In this document: in pieces, positions 1-12,860 of the stretch | Numbering within the stretch: the first letter of the stretch is position 1 | Layout: each line of letters begins with the position of its first letter | NCBI RefSeq assembly: GCF_036321535.1 | Contig: NC_087437.1 | Location: 40,736,001-40,800,000 of the forward strand | Direction: 5' to 3' | DNA: 64,000 nt | Source of the DNA: Camelus dromedarius | Taxonomy: Eukaryota | Notes under the pieces: model-generated | The model's database searches: none | What the model saw: the letters and a program-made list of their open reading frames with translations, nothing else | What the model was told of the DNA's origin: nothing | Position numbers and translations under genes: made by a program

Positions 1-334
1 TCAAGGTGAAATCTAGCATTTTACCTTTAAACAGAAGCTCTTTCTACTCCCAATCAGACCTCCAAGCCACCTTCTGGAGCAATTCCACCGTCAAACTGTG
101 CTGTTCCCTGGTGCGCCCACCAATAAAGCAATCAGAAGGGAGCCCCCTCACACTGATGGGCAGCTGGCTCTTTAAGGTGATTTGGACCAGCCTTTCACTT
201 GTCCAATCATTTTTTTCTCTAAAGGCTGAACTTGAGCTAGTATTGTTGGTGAGACCCTCAGTACCATGAATAATATCACATACACTGATCTCCTTGGTCT
301 TTCAAGTTAGACCTCTGGGGTTCTCAGTCCTTTA

Positions 335-500
335 GAATCATTTAGAGCAATTTGGGGGGGGGCTTCTAAAACTAACAATGGCCAGTCCCATGCCCAGGAG
401 ATTTATATTTAATTGGGCTGAGGTGGGAACCTGGCATCAGTGATACTGGGAGGCTCCTAGGTGATTCTAGTGCACAACCAGGGCTGAGACCCTAGTTGGA
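335..500. mobile_element. MER5-like hAT-Charlie DNA transposon fossil
   Basis: Degenerate match to the recalled MER5 consensus (gagatttatatttaattgggctgaggtggg...ctcctaggtgattctagtgcacaaccagggctgagacc); boundaries approximate. Confidence 0.65.
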
Positions 501-966
501 GCAACTAGCAACCTCAGGTCGTCAGGACCCCATCCTCCTCCTCCTTCTCCTCCTCCTTTTCTTTCTTATTATCTCCTGCAGTGACTCAACAAGTCAATAG
601 AGCTGGTTCCACTTTCTGAAGTGGAGGGTTTTGTCTTCTTTTACAAACATGATAATATTCTCCATCTCCTGTAAACAAAACAATATATACCTATTTAAAT
701 AATTTCAGATCATTTGGAGAGATCTAAAAACGAAAGTCAAAATCACTAATTTTCCACTAGAGATAAGAACTCTATTTTGGTGTGTGACTTTCTAGATCAT
801 TTTCTAGAAATATATATGTATTTCTTTTTGACCCATTCACACCCATCACGATTTACAAAATCGAGACACTTTTATTACCTTTTTTCACTTTAACATAGTT
901 AATAGGGCAGTAAGTGTAGATATACATCATTTTCAAGAGCTGCAAGATTTGCTCACTTTATGTATA

Positions 967-1437
967 CAGACGGTCCCCAGCTTTCAGTGGTTTGACTTAT
1001 GATGATGTTAGAGCAATATACGTTCAGTAGAAATCCTACTTCAAATTTTGAAATCACTTTTCCCAGGCCAGTGATACGTGGTGCAGTGCTGTCTCATGAT
1101 GCAGGGCAGTGGCAGTCAGCCGTGCGATCGGAGTGGAAACAACTGAGATGCTTACCACCATCCTGTACCCATACAATCATGCTGTTATTCACTTTGACTA
1201 CTGTAGTCATTAAATTACATGAGCTATTCCACACTTTATTATAAAACAGGCTTTGTGTTAGATGACTTTGCCCAGCTGTAGGCTAATTGTAGGTGTTCTG
1301 AGCATATATAAGGTAGACTAGGCTAAGCTATGATGTTCGGTAGGTTAGGCGTATTAAATGCATTTTATACTTAGGATATTTTCAACTTATGATGAGTTTC
1401 TTGGGACGTAACCCCCTAATAAGTAGAAGAAGATCGG
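967..1437 (+). mobile_element. MER47/Tigger5-family TcMar-Tigger non-autonomous DNA transposon, near full length
   Basis: Starts CAGACGGTCCCC and ends ...GAAGAAGATCGG, with TA flanking both ends (965-966, 1438-1439). The internal ttattataaaacaggctttgtgttagatgac...ggctaagctatgatgttcggtaggttagg matches the recalled MER47 consensus. Confidence 0.8.
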
Positions 1438-1884
1438 TATTCAACAATTAATTTAATCTTTTAATGGAAATTGAAGCTCTTCTCATTATTTTGCTCTTGT
1501 AAACAAGGCCACAGTGGACATATATTTTGTAGACATTTCCATCTCTTACCCTAGGTTCCTAGAGGTGGAATTACTAAATTATTAGGTGTGTGTCTTTTAT
1601 GTTCTTGCTTTTGCAAGATTGTCCTTTCAAAAGGCTGTGCCCCTGTACACAGTCCTCAGTATAATATGCCTGTGCCTATTTCCTGTCAGTCTTAGCTTCT
1701 GAAATGGGCAGTTCCCATAAAATGAAAATTTGTATCTGTAAAACTTGATTCAGGCTGCATTTACAGAGTGCCTAATAGGTGCTGGGTGGTAGGAACACCA
1801 AGACATATAAGCCAGGGTTCTTGCCTTCTCCTACCCAGTGCTCCTGGGTACTTTAATATATGTAAATATCACTGGGCATCTTGC

Positions 1885-2250
1885 TAGAATATAGTGTCTG
1901 CCTTGATAAGTCCGAGATGGGGCCTGAGATTCTGCATTTCTAAGAAGCTTCCAGAAGATGCCTGCACCTGTGCAGCTGGTCTGCATCTGCAGCAAGGTTC
2001 CATTGGGCCTTTGCATTAGCTGTGTCATGTACCTGCTCTGTTCTTGTGCACTCTTTGCCCAGCTCAGTTGTTCCCACACCTGACTGCACATGAGAATCAC
2101 CCAGGAAACTTAAAAAAACGAAAACGCAAACCCAGCTCCTCAGGCTCTTCCACAGAGCTACTGAATTCACATCTCTGGGAGTGGGGTCTAAGAGTCAGTA
2201 TTTGAAACAAAATCACAGACCAGACTCTTGGAACTGCTGGTTAGGTGGCT
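1885..2250. mobile_element. Two adjacent MER5-like hAT fragments
   Basis: ggggcctgagattctgcatttctaagaagcttccag and gaatcacccaggaaacttaaaaaa...ctactgaattcacatctctgggagtggggtc resemble MER5A. Confidence 0.55.
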
Positions 2251-2399
2251 TCTACTGACCCCTGGCCTCACCCTGAGCGTCATCTCTGATCTGTGAATGA
2301 GTTTGTCTCTGTCACACCCCATAAGCTGTTGTCGCGCTCTGCACTTCTCCCTTGGAGCCCTCCGTGGGATATAGGAATTAATTGTGTCATTATTCATTA

Positions 2400-2710
2400 G
2401 AGTCTGTGTCCCTTTTAGTCTCTGACTTCCATGAGGGCGGAGCTGTGTCTGTCTTGGTCCCAGCACCAAGCCAGGGACTTCTGGCGAGTGGTGGCACACA
2501 GGACACAGGAGTAAATGAGTTGACATACCTTATAAAGCACTTTGTAAATATTTTCATATTCAATTGTCATTAAGTCTGTAAGGCAGAAAATGCAGGTATT
2601 AATATCCCCAACCTACAAACGGAAAAGAGAGGTTTGGAGACAAAGTGACTCGTTAATTATGACCCAGCTTAGGTCCAGACTCAGACATTGGCTTCTGTCT
2701 GCTCTCTGCC
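2400..2710. mobile_element. L2 3' end followed by a MIR fragment
   Basis: L2 tail motif (ccatgagggcggagctgtgtctgtcttg...ggcacacagg), then a MIR core-like segment (gcaggtattaatatccccaacctacaaacggaaaagagagg). Confidence 0.5.
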
Positions 2711-3674
2711 TCTCTCCAGGCTGCTCCTTTACCACTTTTATACTCAGCCTGACCTGGGGAAATTTGTTTTAATGTCCCCCAAGTGACACCTAGTAAGATC
2801 TCAGAAATTAAGAATGCTAACAGTTATCCCCACCTGACAACCTACAGAGACGCTTGAACAGTGATATGAAGATTGCATCCTTTGAGAATAAACAGCGGTT
2901 CCTGTGGTCATGTCCACATTATACTTTAAAACGTGAGCAGGGGAGAAAATATACCTAGATCAATCAGCAAAAATCTCTTTCCCCCAAACCTACAGAGGTG
3001 TGGGGAATCAATGAGGGCCAAGACAGGAAAGCAATTTAAGCTTTTTATGGGAAATCTTTATAATTGCAGGGGCAGAGGCCTGACAGTTGAATGCTTCAAT
3101 CTAAGGAAATGCCAAAGCTGGGGCTGCTGTGGTTTCACCTGTCTGCAATTTTATGTGCTGAGAGGAAAAGAGGTAGATCTTGGGCTATAATTAAATGATA
3201 GTTGTGACTGGCCATGTGTGTAATGAGGGGTTGATGTGAAAATAGGTCAGGTGTCCTCAATACTATTAGCCACCTTTTTTTTTTTATAGCACACATTACG
3301 TTATGAATGTGGTGGAGAATCACACCCATTCTTAACCTGACATGAAATTCATAGATAACATAATTAACCCACAAACATTATTTAAGAAAAATCAATGTAG
3401 GTCTCACTTAGAAGTAGAAGGCAATTAATTTATAATAAAAATGCTCTCCAAACTGTAAATGTTCAGGCACAATATAATGAAGTACTCTGACTTGCCCAGA
3501 ATCACTGTGATCCCAGCAGCCACAAGTGATAAAGTTGTGGGTTCTTGGCGATCCAAATACTATTGATGAGAGTTTGCAGATGAAGTGATTTTCTAAAACT
3601 TCCAAATTAAACCTCGTATCATTTTCCCTTGATTTGTATGTTAGCTGTCTTTCTGAAAAATTCAGCACATATAA

Positions 3675-5000
3675 ATTTTTAAAATTGACTTAAAATTCAC
3701 ATGTCCTAAAATTCATTTTAAAGTGTATAATTCAGTGTTTTAGTTGCAACATTCATTACAATTGTCTAATTTCAGCACATTTTATCACCCCCAAAGAAAC
3801 TCATAGCCATGAGCAATAACTCCCCATGGCCCCTTCCCCCAACTCCTGGAAACCACTAATCTACTTTCTGTCTCTATGGATTGGCCTATTTCGAACATTT
3901 CATGAAAATGTAGTAGTATATGTGGCCTTCTGTGTCTGGCTTCTTTCACTTATCATAGTGTTTACAAAGTTCATCCATGTTGTATCATATATCAGAACTT
4001 CATTTCTTTGTATGACTGAGTAATATTCCGTGGTGTGGATATACCACATTTTGTTTATCTGTTCATTAGTTGATGTCATTTGGGTGGTTTACACTTTTTT
4101 GGCTGTCATGAATAATGCTGCTATGAACATTTGCACACAAATATTCTAGGGTCTATTGGGTATATACTAGGAGTGGAGTTGCTGGGTCTTATGGCAACTC
4201 TATGTTTAACATTTTGAGGAACTGCCAGACAGTGTTTCAAGGCAACAGCAGCATTTTGCTTTTCCACCAGCACAAATGAAATTTCCAATTTCTTCACATC
4301 TTCACCAACACTTGTTATTGTCCATCCTAGGGAGTGTAAATTGGTATCTCATTGTGGTTTTCGTTTCATTTCCTTAATAACTAATGACTATCTTTTCATG
4401 TGCTCATTTGCCATTTGTATATCTCCTTTGGAGATATGTCTGTTCAAATCCTTGCCCATTTTTTGAATTGAATATTTGTCTTTATATTGTTGAGCACTGA
4501 GTACTTTATATATTCTGGATACTAGACCTCTATCAGATATATGATTTGCAAATATTTTCTCCCATTCTCTCCCATTGGGGGCTGTCTTTTCACTTTCTTA
4601 ATGGTATCATTTGCAATGCAAAAGTTTTTGGTATTGATGTAGCCTGATTTATTTATTTTTTCCTCTTATTGCTTATGCTTTTAGTGTCATATCTAAGAAA
4701 CTATTGTCTAACCCAAGGTCATGAAGATTTATGACCTTCGTTTTCTTCTAAGACTTTCATAGTTTTAACTCTTACATTTAGGTCTTTGATCCATTCTGAG
4801 TTAATTTTTTAATATGGTCTGAGATAATTCTTTTATATTTGGATATACAGTTGCCCCAGCACCATTTATTGAACAGACCATACTTTCCTTCTTGAATTGT
4901 CTTGAAAACTTTGTTAAAATCAATTGCCCATAAATGTAAGGGTTTAATTCTGGGCTGTCAGTTCTATTCCATTGATTTGTATGTCTATCTTTATGGCATA
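3675..5000 (-). mobile_element. Old L1M (L1MB-like) 3' fragment: end of ORF2 plus 3' UTR
   Basis: The minus ORF 4801-5058 reads KDRHTNQWNRTDSPELNPYIYGQLI (L1 ORF2). Typical L1M 3' UTR antisense text such as ccactaatctactttctgtctctatggatt and gaataatgctgctatgaacatt is present; the copy is frameshifted. Confidence 0.9.
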
Positions 5001-5064
5001 TGTAAAATTTATGCATAGTATTTACATGTAAAATGGAATATGTTCTGGGCTCAGACAATTGTCA

Positions 5065-5282
5065 ACAGATTTTTCATCTGTATGACTGTCTAGTGAGACA
5101 TTTAAATGTCATGTGAGAGGCAGGGCAATTCTTCCATTTATGAGACTGTGCAAGTGCATCTAGCATTATTAGCTTCTGCCAAATAAAAGCCAGTGTGCCC
5201 CCCAGTCATTTTGACAGTTACAGTGCCTCATAAATTTCTAGAATACCCCCCTCAGGGAGCAATATTCCCATTGAGAACCACT
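5065..5282 (-). mobile_element. MER20/MER20B-like hAT-Charlie element
   Basis: The reverse complement starts agtggttctcaatgggaatattgctccctgagggggg and follows the recalled MER20 layout. Confidence 0.6.
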
Positions 5283-5413
5283 CTTCTAAAGGTACTTTCT
5301 GCAGCCTTCAGCCTATTTCCTTCTCTTTCTTCTCCAGCTCATTTCCCACGTGGTTCAAATATTAGCCTTTCCAGGTTTCTTGTAATCTATAATGAAAAAG
5401 AACATGCTAATGC

Positions 5414-5549
5414 TTTTTAAAAAAAATTTTGGGGGGTCATTAGCTCTATTTATTATTAGTTCTTTTTTTTAATGGAGATACTGGGGATCAAACCCAGGAC
5501 CTTGTGCATGCTAAGCATGTGCCCTACCACTTGAGCTATAATCTCCCCC
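5414..5549 (-). mobile_element. tRNA-derived SINE, Vic-1-like (camelid)
   Basis: Reverse complement GGGGAGATTATAGCTCAAGTGGTAGGGCACATGCTTAGCATGCACAAGGTCCTGGGTTTGATCCCCAGTATCTCC has pol III A and B boxes, followed by an A-rich/C-run tail as in the recalled Vic-1 consensus. Confidence 0.85.
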
Positions 5550-5550
5550 T

Positions 5551-5662
5551 TCTATAATGAAAAAGAATATGAAAACAAACATATGTATGTATATGTATGA
5601 CTGAAACATTAGGCTATTCACCGAAATTGACACATTGTAACTGAGTATATTTCAATTAAATT
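5551..5662 (+). mobile_element. Short L1 3'-UTR tail (cetartiodactyl type)
   Basis: tataatgaaaaagaatatgaaa...gtatgactgaaac...gacacattgtaactgagtatatttcaattaaa is homologous to the tails at 14700-14845 and 51558-51754 in this window. Confidence 0.8.
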
Positions 5663-6424
5663 TTTTTTAATAGTTCCTTATGCCCTGTGAAATGAAATCC
5701 AAGCTTTCCAACATGGCCTTAATGAGGCAAAACGTTTTTGTTCCATAAGAAAAGAGGCAGTTTAAAACCCAAATGCCCCGTGTGAGATATTCCAGGACAG
5801 TGGAAATTTCTGATGAAAGATAAGCAAAGGCTATGGAGAGATGGGGAAGCCCTGGGGACTAAAAGCAGCCACAGTGCAGGGGACAATTGGAAGAATAAGT
5901 TTGTCTGAAGTTGCAGGTGCTGTGTTTAAATTATTTGTTTGCAAACATTGGCACTGGAGTCAACCTTGGACACTAGTCTTCCTGCTACTGCTCTGATGCC
6001 CAAGCCACTGCTAAAAAACTTTTCTTGGCATGAAAAAACTTTTTTTTTTACATTTTAAAATGACTCTTTGTTTGTTCCAAAATTAATAGAGAGTTGGAAA
6101 AAACTTAAGAAGCATGGTTAAATAAAAAGAAACAGTGTCCGTCACCATGAATTCCACTGCCTACAGATGACACTGTGAATACTCTGGTGCACATGCTTCC
6201 AGTAACTTTCTTTCTAATATTTTTAACCCCTCCTTGGGGTGACTTTGATAGTCATTGGGGAAAGCTGCAAACTTCAGAGCTAAAAAAGAAAAATAAGGCA
6301 AGAGCAAGAAGAGGGTAAACAAGAAATAGTGAGGAGTTTGCCAGCTCTTCTCCTCTGTCAGAGGGCTATGCTGGGCATGGCCAGGAGTGATTAGAGTATT
6401 GATTCTATTACATCTTGCCCTGCA

Positions 6425-6486
6425 CAGCTGTGACGTCAGTAACACAATTCAGAGTGACCAGAATGAAATTAACCATGAGTCAGATG
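6425..6486. promoter_or_regulatory. Candidate enhancer motif cluster (E-box, CRE, AP-1, E-box)
   Basis: CAGCTG 6425-6430 abuts TGACGTCA 6431-6438; TGAGTCA 6476-6482 overlaps CAGATG 6481-6486. Confidence 0.35.
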
Positions 6487-7009
6487 GCAGCTCTTGCTTT
6501 TTAAGCTAAGGAGAAATGATTTTTGTTGGGGTTTGTTAATTCAATATTTTCTTTTCTATGTCTGTGTTTCATTTATTCAGTATGAAGTCCAAGGGGCCAT
6601 ACTGAAACCTTAACCAATGCTCAGCATTTTCTTCTCCACAAACGGCCAACACTAAGCCTGTGCAGTGTCTCTGGCATGGCTCCCCTCATTCTTCCCAGTG
6701 TCCTCACGCACTTCAGCCTTCATGAACCATGGCTGCCCTGACCACTTCTGACGGCCGATTTGGCTTCTGCTTTCAGCTCCTTCCTCCCCATCCTCTCTGC
6801 CCTATGGCAGATGCTGCTCCTAAAGCCCAGCCCTAGTTATTACCTCTGCTCAGAAACCTTCAACAGATCCCTGATGCAAAAGGAATCAAGTTCATGCCCT
6901 TAGCAGGTTATTTGCCCCAGTCTCCTTTCCAGCCTACTGTTCTGTTACTCTCCGATGGCTCCAGTGGAAAGCAACCTTGAAAGAGGCTGCCAACTGCTTT
7001 GAAAAATAT

Positions 7010-7450
7010 TGCTTGTTTAGTGACTTATGAAACTTATACATGCTCATTGTAGACAATTTCAAAAATACAGGGAATGTAAACAAGAAAATAATAATCACCC
7101 ATATCCCATTGCCTAGAACTAGCCACTGTTAACATTTTGGTGCAAAATGGTCCACATGATGCTCAAACTATACATGCAATATTGTGTTCTTCAGTTTTCA
7201 CTTATTATTATATTATGAACATTTTCTCAGATTGTTAAAATACTCTTATAAAATATGATTCGATTGGTTGTGAAATGTTTCATGATATAGTTGTGCCATA
7301 ATTAACATAATCATTCATCTGTTGTTACTACTGTTAGACATTTGGGTTTCTACCAAATTTTGACTATTATAAATAATGCAAAATGAATTTGCTTGCATAT
7401 ACGTCTTTGACTACACTTTTTATATTTACTTAGAAGAGCTTCCTAGAGAA
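7010..7450 (-). mobile_element. Ancient L1ME-like 3' UTR fragment
   Basis: catgctcattgtagacaatttcaaaaatacag...gccactgttaacattttgg...gactattataaataatgc, typical of L1ME antisense. Confidence 0.6.
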
Positions 7451-7839
7451 TGGTACCTTATAATTCTTCTGCCTATTTATTAATAATTGGCATATTTGTT
7501 TTAGCTCCTTTACTAAGTATTTGTTTACCCTGTGCAAACTGGCACAAAGTTCTGCCCAAAGTGGGTAATTCAACCTACAGCTGTTGGTTGAATTAAAAGA
7601 CAGCTCACCTCTGTGGATCTCAGTTTCTTTATTTGTAAAGTGAAAGCATTGAATTATGTTACCTTTTAAGCCATGACATTTCCAAGTTTTTGTACCTTCA
7701 GGCTTAAGCTAATAACATATATTTAAGATATGCTATTCACAATTAGTTGAGACCACAGCCCATTTCTCATATAGGTAACTAATGTCCCATGGGGCTCAGG
7801 ATGGCTTGCAGCCTGTGTAAGGACCAGGGTTAGATGTTG

Positions 7840-8040
7840 GGAGGCAGTATGGCAAGTTGGGAAGTCCATGGGATTATCTTCCCTTCCTCCTGGCTTCCAT
7901 GTCTCCTCTGTGTGACCTTGGGCAAAGTACCTTGCCCTCTCGGGATTTCAAGTCTTCTTTTGTAAACTTATTAATCATGCCTCCTTTGATGGGAGGACTA
8001 AAGGGGGTAAAGCCCCTAATGTAGGGCTTGGTGTAATGGT
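7840..8040 (+). mobile_element. MIR SINE
   Basis: Core ctgtgtgaccttgggcaaagtaccttgccctctcgg...tgtaaa. Confidence 0.65.
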
Positions 8041-8999
8041 GGGTTTTAATTGCTGTGCTGTTTCTGTAATACACATTTCAGTGAATCACTCAGGCATCAT
8101 GTGCCCTGCATGACGGCACACAAGTCTAATATACCAGGCTTGTTCTTTGAGGAAGGCATTAATCCTCTTTTTCAACATCGGCACAGTGAATGGTGAGTCA
8201 CTGCATAAGCCTATTTTTTGTATGTGTATTTTTAATAGCAGAATCTAGACACAGGTCCTGTGTGAGCATTCCTTAGAAAATCTAGAGGAACCAGGCATTG
8301 ATTTTGCCTGACCCTAGGCAAACATAGACACAGCAAAGGAAACCAATTCATTGATTTTTTTTTTCAGGTAAATTATTTCAAGATCTACATTATCCTCATG
8401 AAATATAGCCTACCAGCCTCTCCCCCTACTCGCATCACAACCTTGTAACAAAAATACTAAGACCACTAAGGTACTAAAGGAGGAAAGCAAGAGGAGGGGC
8501 CTATAAGAGGCCAGAGGAATAAATGAATAAATGGGAGCCTCGTTAATGAAATAGTGTTCATGAGGCCTGTCTGGCCCCTCTAAGAACTCCTTTCTTTTCA
8601 CCTGTCTCTCAGTACTGATCAGTCAGAGAGGTGGATCAGCTCAGTGGGTTCTCACCACCTGCTCTTCCCAGTGGTTTCCAGGTGGATTATGCAGCACAGT
8701 TCGCCTGTTGAGTGTGTTGCTGTGCTAACTCCTGCCTTTTTTGAGATGAATTGGTTGGTCTCCTTCCTGGATGTAGGCTGTCTAGGACTTCCTAATGGGG
8801 TGTGTTGTGGGGGTTCACTGGGAGGCTCATCTTTTGGAAGGTGGAGTCCACTTTCCCAGAAACCGCCACATAATGATGAGCGGTTCTGCTGCCCAGTTGA
8901 GCCCAAGTCCACAGGGATCAGAGCTGGGAGACACAGGCATCCCGTCAGCAGAGGCAGACGGGCTGAGCTGTGCCCAGCAAAGGGGGTAGTGTGGCTGAA

Positions 9000-9040
9000 G
9001 AGGGCGGGGTGGGGGGCAGGCTATAAATAAGATAAATGCT
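9000..9040. promoter_or_regulatory. Candidate muscle/cardiac-type promoter or enhancer core: GC box, CACCC box, MEF2/TATA and GATA
   Basis: GGGCGGGG 9002-9009, GGGGTGGGG 9006-9014, CTATAAATAA 9021-9030 (fits MEF2 and contains TATAAAT) and AGATAA 9030-9035, all within 35 bp of apparently unique sequence. Confidence 0.5.
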
Positions 9041-9859
9041 TGCTGCCTGGGCGTTGCCCAGATCCTTTCTGTTTGTATCCCAGAGGAAACTTCAGAACCA
9101 TGCTCTCCTGAGGAGTTTGGCCTGGCCTCCCTTTTGAGTTGGCACTGCCTTTGTGCCTTCTTCCTTCTAGCTGCTGGATCCTAAGGATCATTCTGTACAG
9201 CTGGAGTAGGGGTGGGGTGGGGTCTTCAATGTGAATATTTATATTAACAAACTGATAAAAAGATTTTGGGAAAAATCATCAAAATGGCTGGGTTAGCACA
9301 CATTTTATATCTATAGTAGCAAAGTGCACACTTTGGAATAAAACATTGCTGTGTTAAAAGCCTGTCTTTACCTTGTACTAGTGCATAGTCTTAGGTGCCC
9401 CCAAGCTTTCATTTTCTCACGTGTAAACTGTGAGTAATCATAGCACTTATATTACAGGGTTGCTGTGAGCAATTATATAAAATGATGTATGTGTGATGCC
9501 CAGTCCAGGGGCATTGGAAATACTAAAGAAACAAACCCAGACAAATCCACAGACCAAGCATTTTATGATTTAAAATATCATGGCTTTAGGCCAGGAAGTT
9601 TTCAATCAGCCTTCATTTGTCACTGTCCCTGAGTTATGTAATTCTGTATTGATTTTAAGAACAGTGCATCTGGAGTTGCCTAATTTTGTTACCTAGGGAA
9701 GTTCAATCCCATTTTTCAAACCCTTACCAAGTGCTGATTCTGTCAGGAGCTGAGCTGGGGGCTGAGGAAGGAGATCAAGGGGTGGGACCTCTTTGAGCCT
9801 GTGCAGTGGAAATGTCACTGGATTGGGAGACATAGATGGGAAGGACGTAATGAGACCTA

Positions 9860-10095
9860 GTGGATAAGAGTAGAGATCTGGCATCCAGCTACCTTTGTTC
9901 AAGTCCCAGCTGTGTCAGCGATCAGCCACATGACCTTGTAACTCTCCACATCTTAGTTTGATTTTTCCTTTTGTAAAAATGGGGATAATAATAGCCTCTT
10001 CCCTAAAAGTACTGTTGTAGAAATTAAGTGAGATGCTTCATGGAACTTGCTTAGACAATGCAGGGCTGATAGAAAGCATCAGCAAATGTTGTTTA
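9860..10095 (+). mobile_element. MIR SINE
   Basis: ttcaagtcccagctgtg...atgaccttg...tgtaaaaatggggataataatagc...gttgtagaaattaagtgagat. Confidence 0.75.
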
Positions 10096-12139
10096 ATCAC
10101 TATCTGTTGAGAGGTAGGAGCCCTGATTCTAGTCCTCTCTTCTCCACTGCGTAGGTTTGTAATCTTGTGCAAGACTCATGTCTCTGAATCAAAATGGGAG
10201 GAAGGGGGTTACTGTATTGGCTGAGCTGATTGGTCCTGACTATCAAAGGGAAATTGGGTTGTGCTACACACTGGAGGCAAAGAGGATACATCTGGAATAT
10301 AGGGAGGAGCTCCCTCAGGGCATCTCAGTACTCCCCTGTGCTGTATTAAAGTCACTGGTAAACGCAGCAACCCAATTCAGGCAGGACTGCTCTGAGCTTT
10401 GGTAGTCTCAATTTAGAAAATGAAAGGGCAGGATGGGAGGGATTAACTACTTAAATTCCCTTTCAGATTTATAATTCTCAAGTTCTAAATCCCCATTCTA
10501 CTTCTAACTTGCTGTGTTTTATACATCGAAATATCTGGGCAAATAGCCAGTTTTATTTTCAGATCACCATGGTAGATGTAAGTAGCTCAGTAATAAGACT
10601 GGCTGAAATTCAAAGAGGAAACACACCCACTTGGTATGAAAAATGTCAAATGACAGAGTTAAACATGATGTTTTTCCTACAGTGTCCTTCTGAATGGAGA
10701 ATTACAAAGTTGGATTTCAATGACTGGGCTTTTTCACTGGCTATAAATATACGGTTATAGTATAAGAATGGCTTGTTTAAGCTTCTCCTTACACCTAAGC
10801 AGAAAGAGTGGCAATTCCTTTCTGTTATAATAGTGCTTAGTTCTGATATAAATAGTTCTCCCTGCGTGTGGCCCTGTTCAGCTGAAGGATGTGAGCTGTT
10901 GCTTTTCATGCTAGGAACTGCCTGGCTGAATGACTGTCCTGGGAGGTTTATATAGGAGTCCAACTGCATGAAAGTCTGTTTCATAAAACCCACAAATGAC
11001 AGAGTGCTTTCTCAACTTGTACCTCACAAAATTACTAATTAATATGTTCCTACCAACAGAACATATTGTCGGAATTAATGGTGATAAAGTGCCTGTTTAA
11101 ACAGAACATTACTGATTGAAAAGGGTTGTTTCAATTTTTAAGTGTGTTCAGGGCGAGAAGATAAAATGCAATTCTTTTCTCTTTTATTTAGAAAGGTGGA
11201 TCGGCATTAATTAAAATCAATTTCTTAAGCGATTGTAAGATTCTCTTCCAGATACCAGAAAAGATCTATTTACCATAATCAGTAGAACTGATCGATTTCA
11301 GAAATTCAGTGTTACTCTTTTTCCTTAAAAATTCTTATTACTATAAAAGTGATAATTAACTATCGTTATAGACAATTTAGAAAGTAGGAAAAATACCTGT
11401 AGTCTAATACCTTAACATGCCTACTGTTATACCAGTTTAAAAATTATTTTTACGTAAGAGATGTAGCATTCGCAGAGTAATTTTTTGTTCCTTTCTTTTT
11501 TTTTCTAGCAAAAATTGTTTTCACCTCTGTATCACTTATTAGTTTTCTTGATTCAAGAATGGGATGCTGATTAATCCCTGTTCTAATTGAATGCCATAGA
11601 TTTTTTTAAAAATTACTAATTCTAACACCTGGATTATAAACAAGCAAATAGATTCAACTGACGACATGCAGAGTTTCTCTCTCTCCCTCTCTTGAATTTG
11701 GGAGGCCACAGTATGGTTGGCTTTATTATGTGTGATTCCAGTCTCATAGGGTGTGTAATTAACAACCAAACTGAACTGAACCCTTTTAGTCCACTGGCAC
11801 TTCAGAGGTGAGAATGACCAGCTCAGTCTTTGCCAACTCTCTGGCCTGGCTGAGTCATCCACTGGGACCAGGAACTTCCTTCCATGACAAAGCACCTATG
11901 GCTGTGGCTGCTGGGATCTCCAGTCTCTGAAGAAACAAGCACAAATAGGACTGGGCTGGTCAAAGTGTGTGAGAGCCCTGCGTGTGGTATCTGATTGTAT
12001 TATCCCCCTACATGCGATTATGACCGCCATAATTCCACTCTCATGAATTACTGGGAAAACTTTTCTCTAATCTCCTAAACCTCACTGAGGCCATCCTGCT
12101 GCTCTGATATGGGGCTAGGCACAGTGCCTCAACTTTAAA

Positions 12140-12860
12140 AACAAAACATTAAAAAATTTAAATTATGAAATATTTCAGATATACACAAAAGTATAGAAAG
12201 CAATATCATCCCCTCCTGTTTAACAGATTTTAACAATTTTGCTATGGATCTCTCTTTATGAAAATAAATAAAAGTTACCAGTTAATAGCTAAGACTCCTC
12301 TATTTCATCTCACCTCTCTTTCTCCATGGAGGTAACTACTGTCCTGGAGATGGTATACATCTTTCCTATGGATGTTTTAAACATTTTTTAACCCCATAAG
12401 TTGTATCCTTATAGATTATTGTTTTGTATGTGTTCATAATGTTTAAAAATAGTATCAACTAGCTTTTCACTCAAATTTTTATTTTGGAGATTGATCTGTC
12501 TCTACGTCTATATAATCTATTTTAACTCAGATATAATATCTTACTGTATAAATATACTAATTTATTTTCTCATTTTCCCAATACTAGCAGTTTGATTATT
12601 TCTCTTTTCACCATGAATACAAACAATGCTGCAGTGAATATCCTTGCATTATATGTCTCCTTATGTGTGTGGTTAGAGTTGCTGGAGTATAAAATGGGGG
12701 GACCTTTAACTTTACTAGATATTGCCAAATTGCTCTCTAAAGTGGTTGCAGAAATTTATGCTTCCAGACATGTGTAAGACTTCTTGTGGAAGATGCTAAA
12801 ATATCATGGGAAATGCAGACCTCCTGTGCTGTTTCTCTCCACCTCTGATAGCCAATGTAA
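12140..12860 (-). mobile_element. Ancient L1M (L1MC/ME-like) 3' fragment
   Basis: aaattatgaaatatttcagatatacacaaaagtatag...acaaacaatgctgcagtgaatatccttg...gatattgccaaattgctctctaaagtggttg. Confidence 0.7.

Noticed and set aside
2999..3373. Possible solo LTR (TGTGGG...CCCACA ends)
   Set aside because: No TSD and no family recognised
5470..5549. tRNA gene
   Set aside because: Degenerate stems and a SINE tail; it is a SINE head
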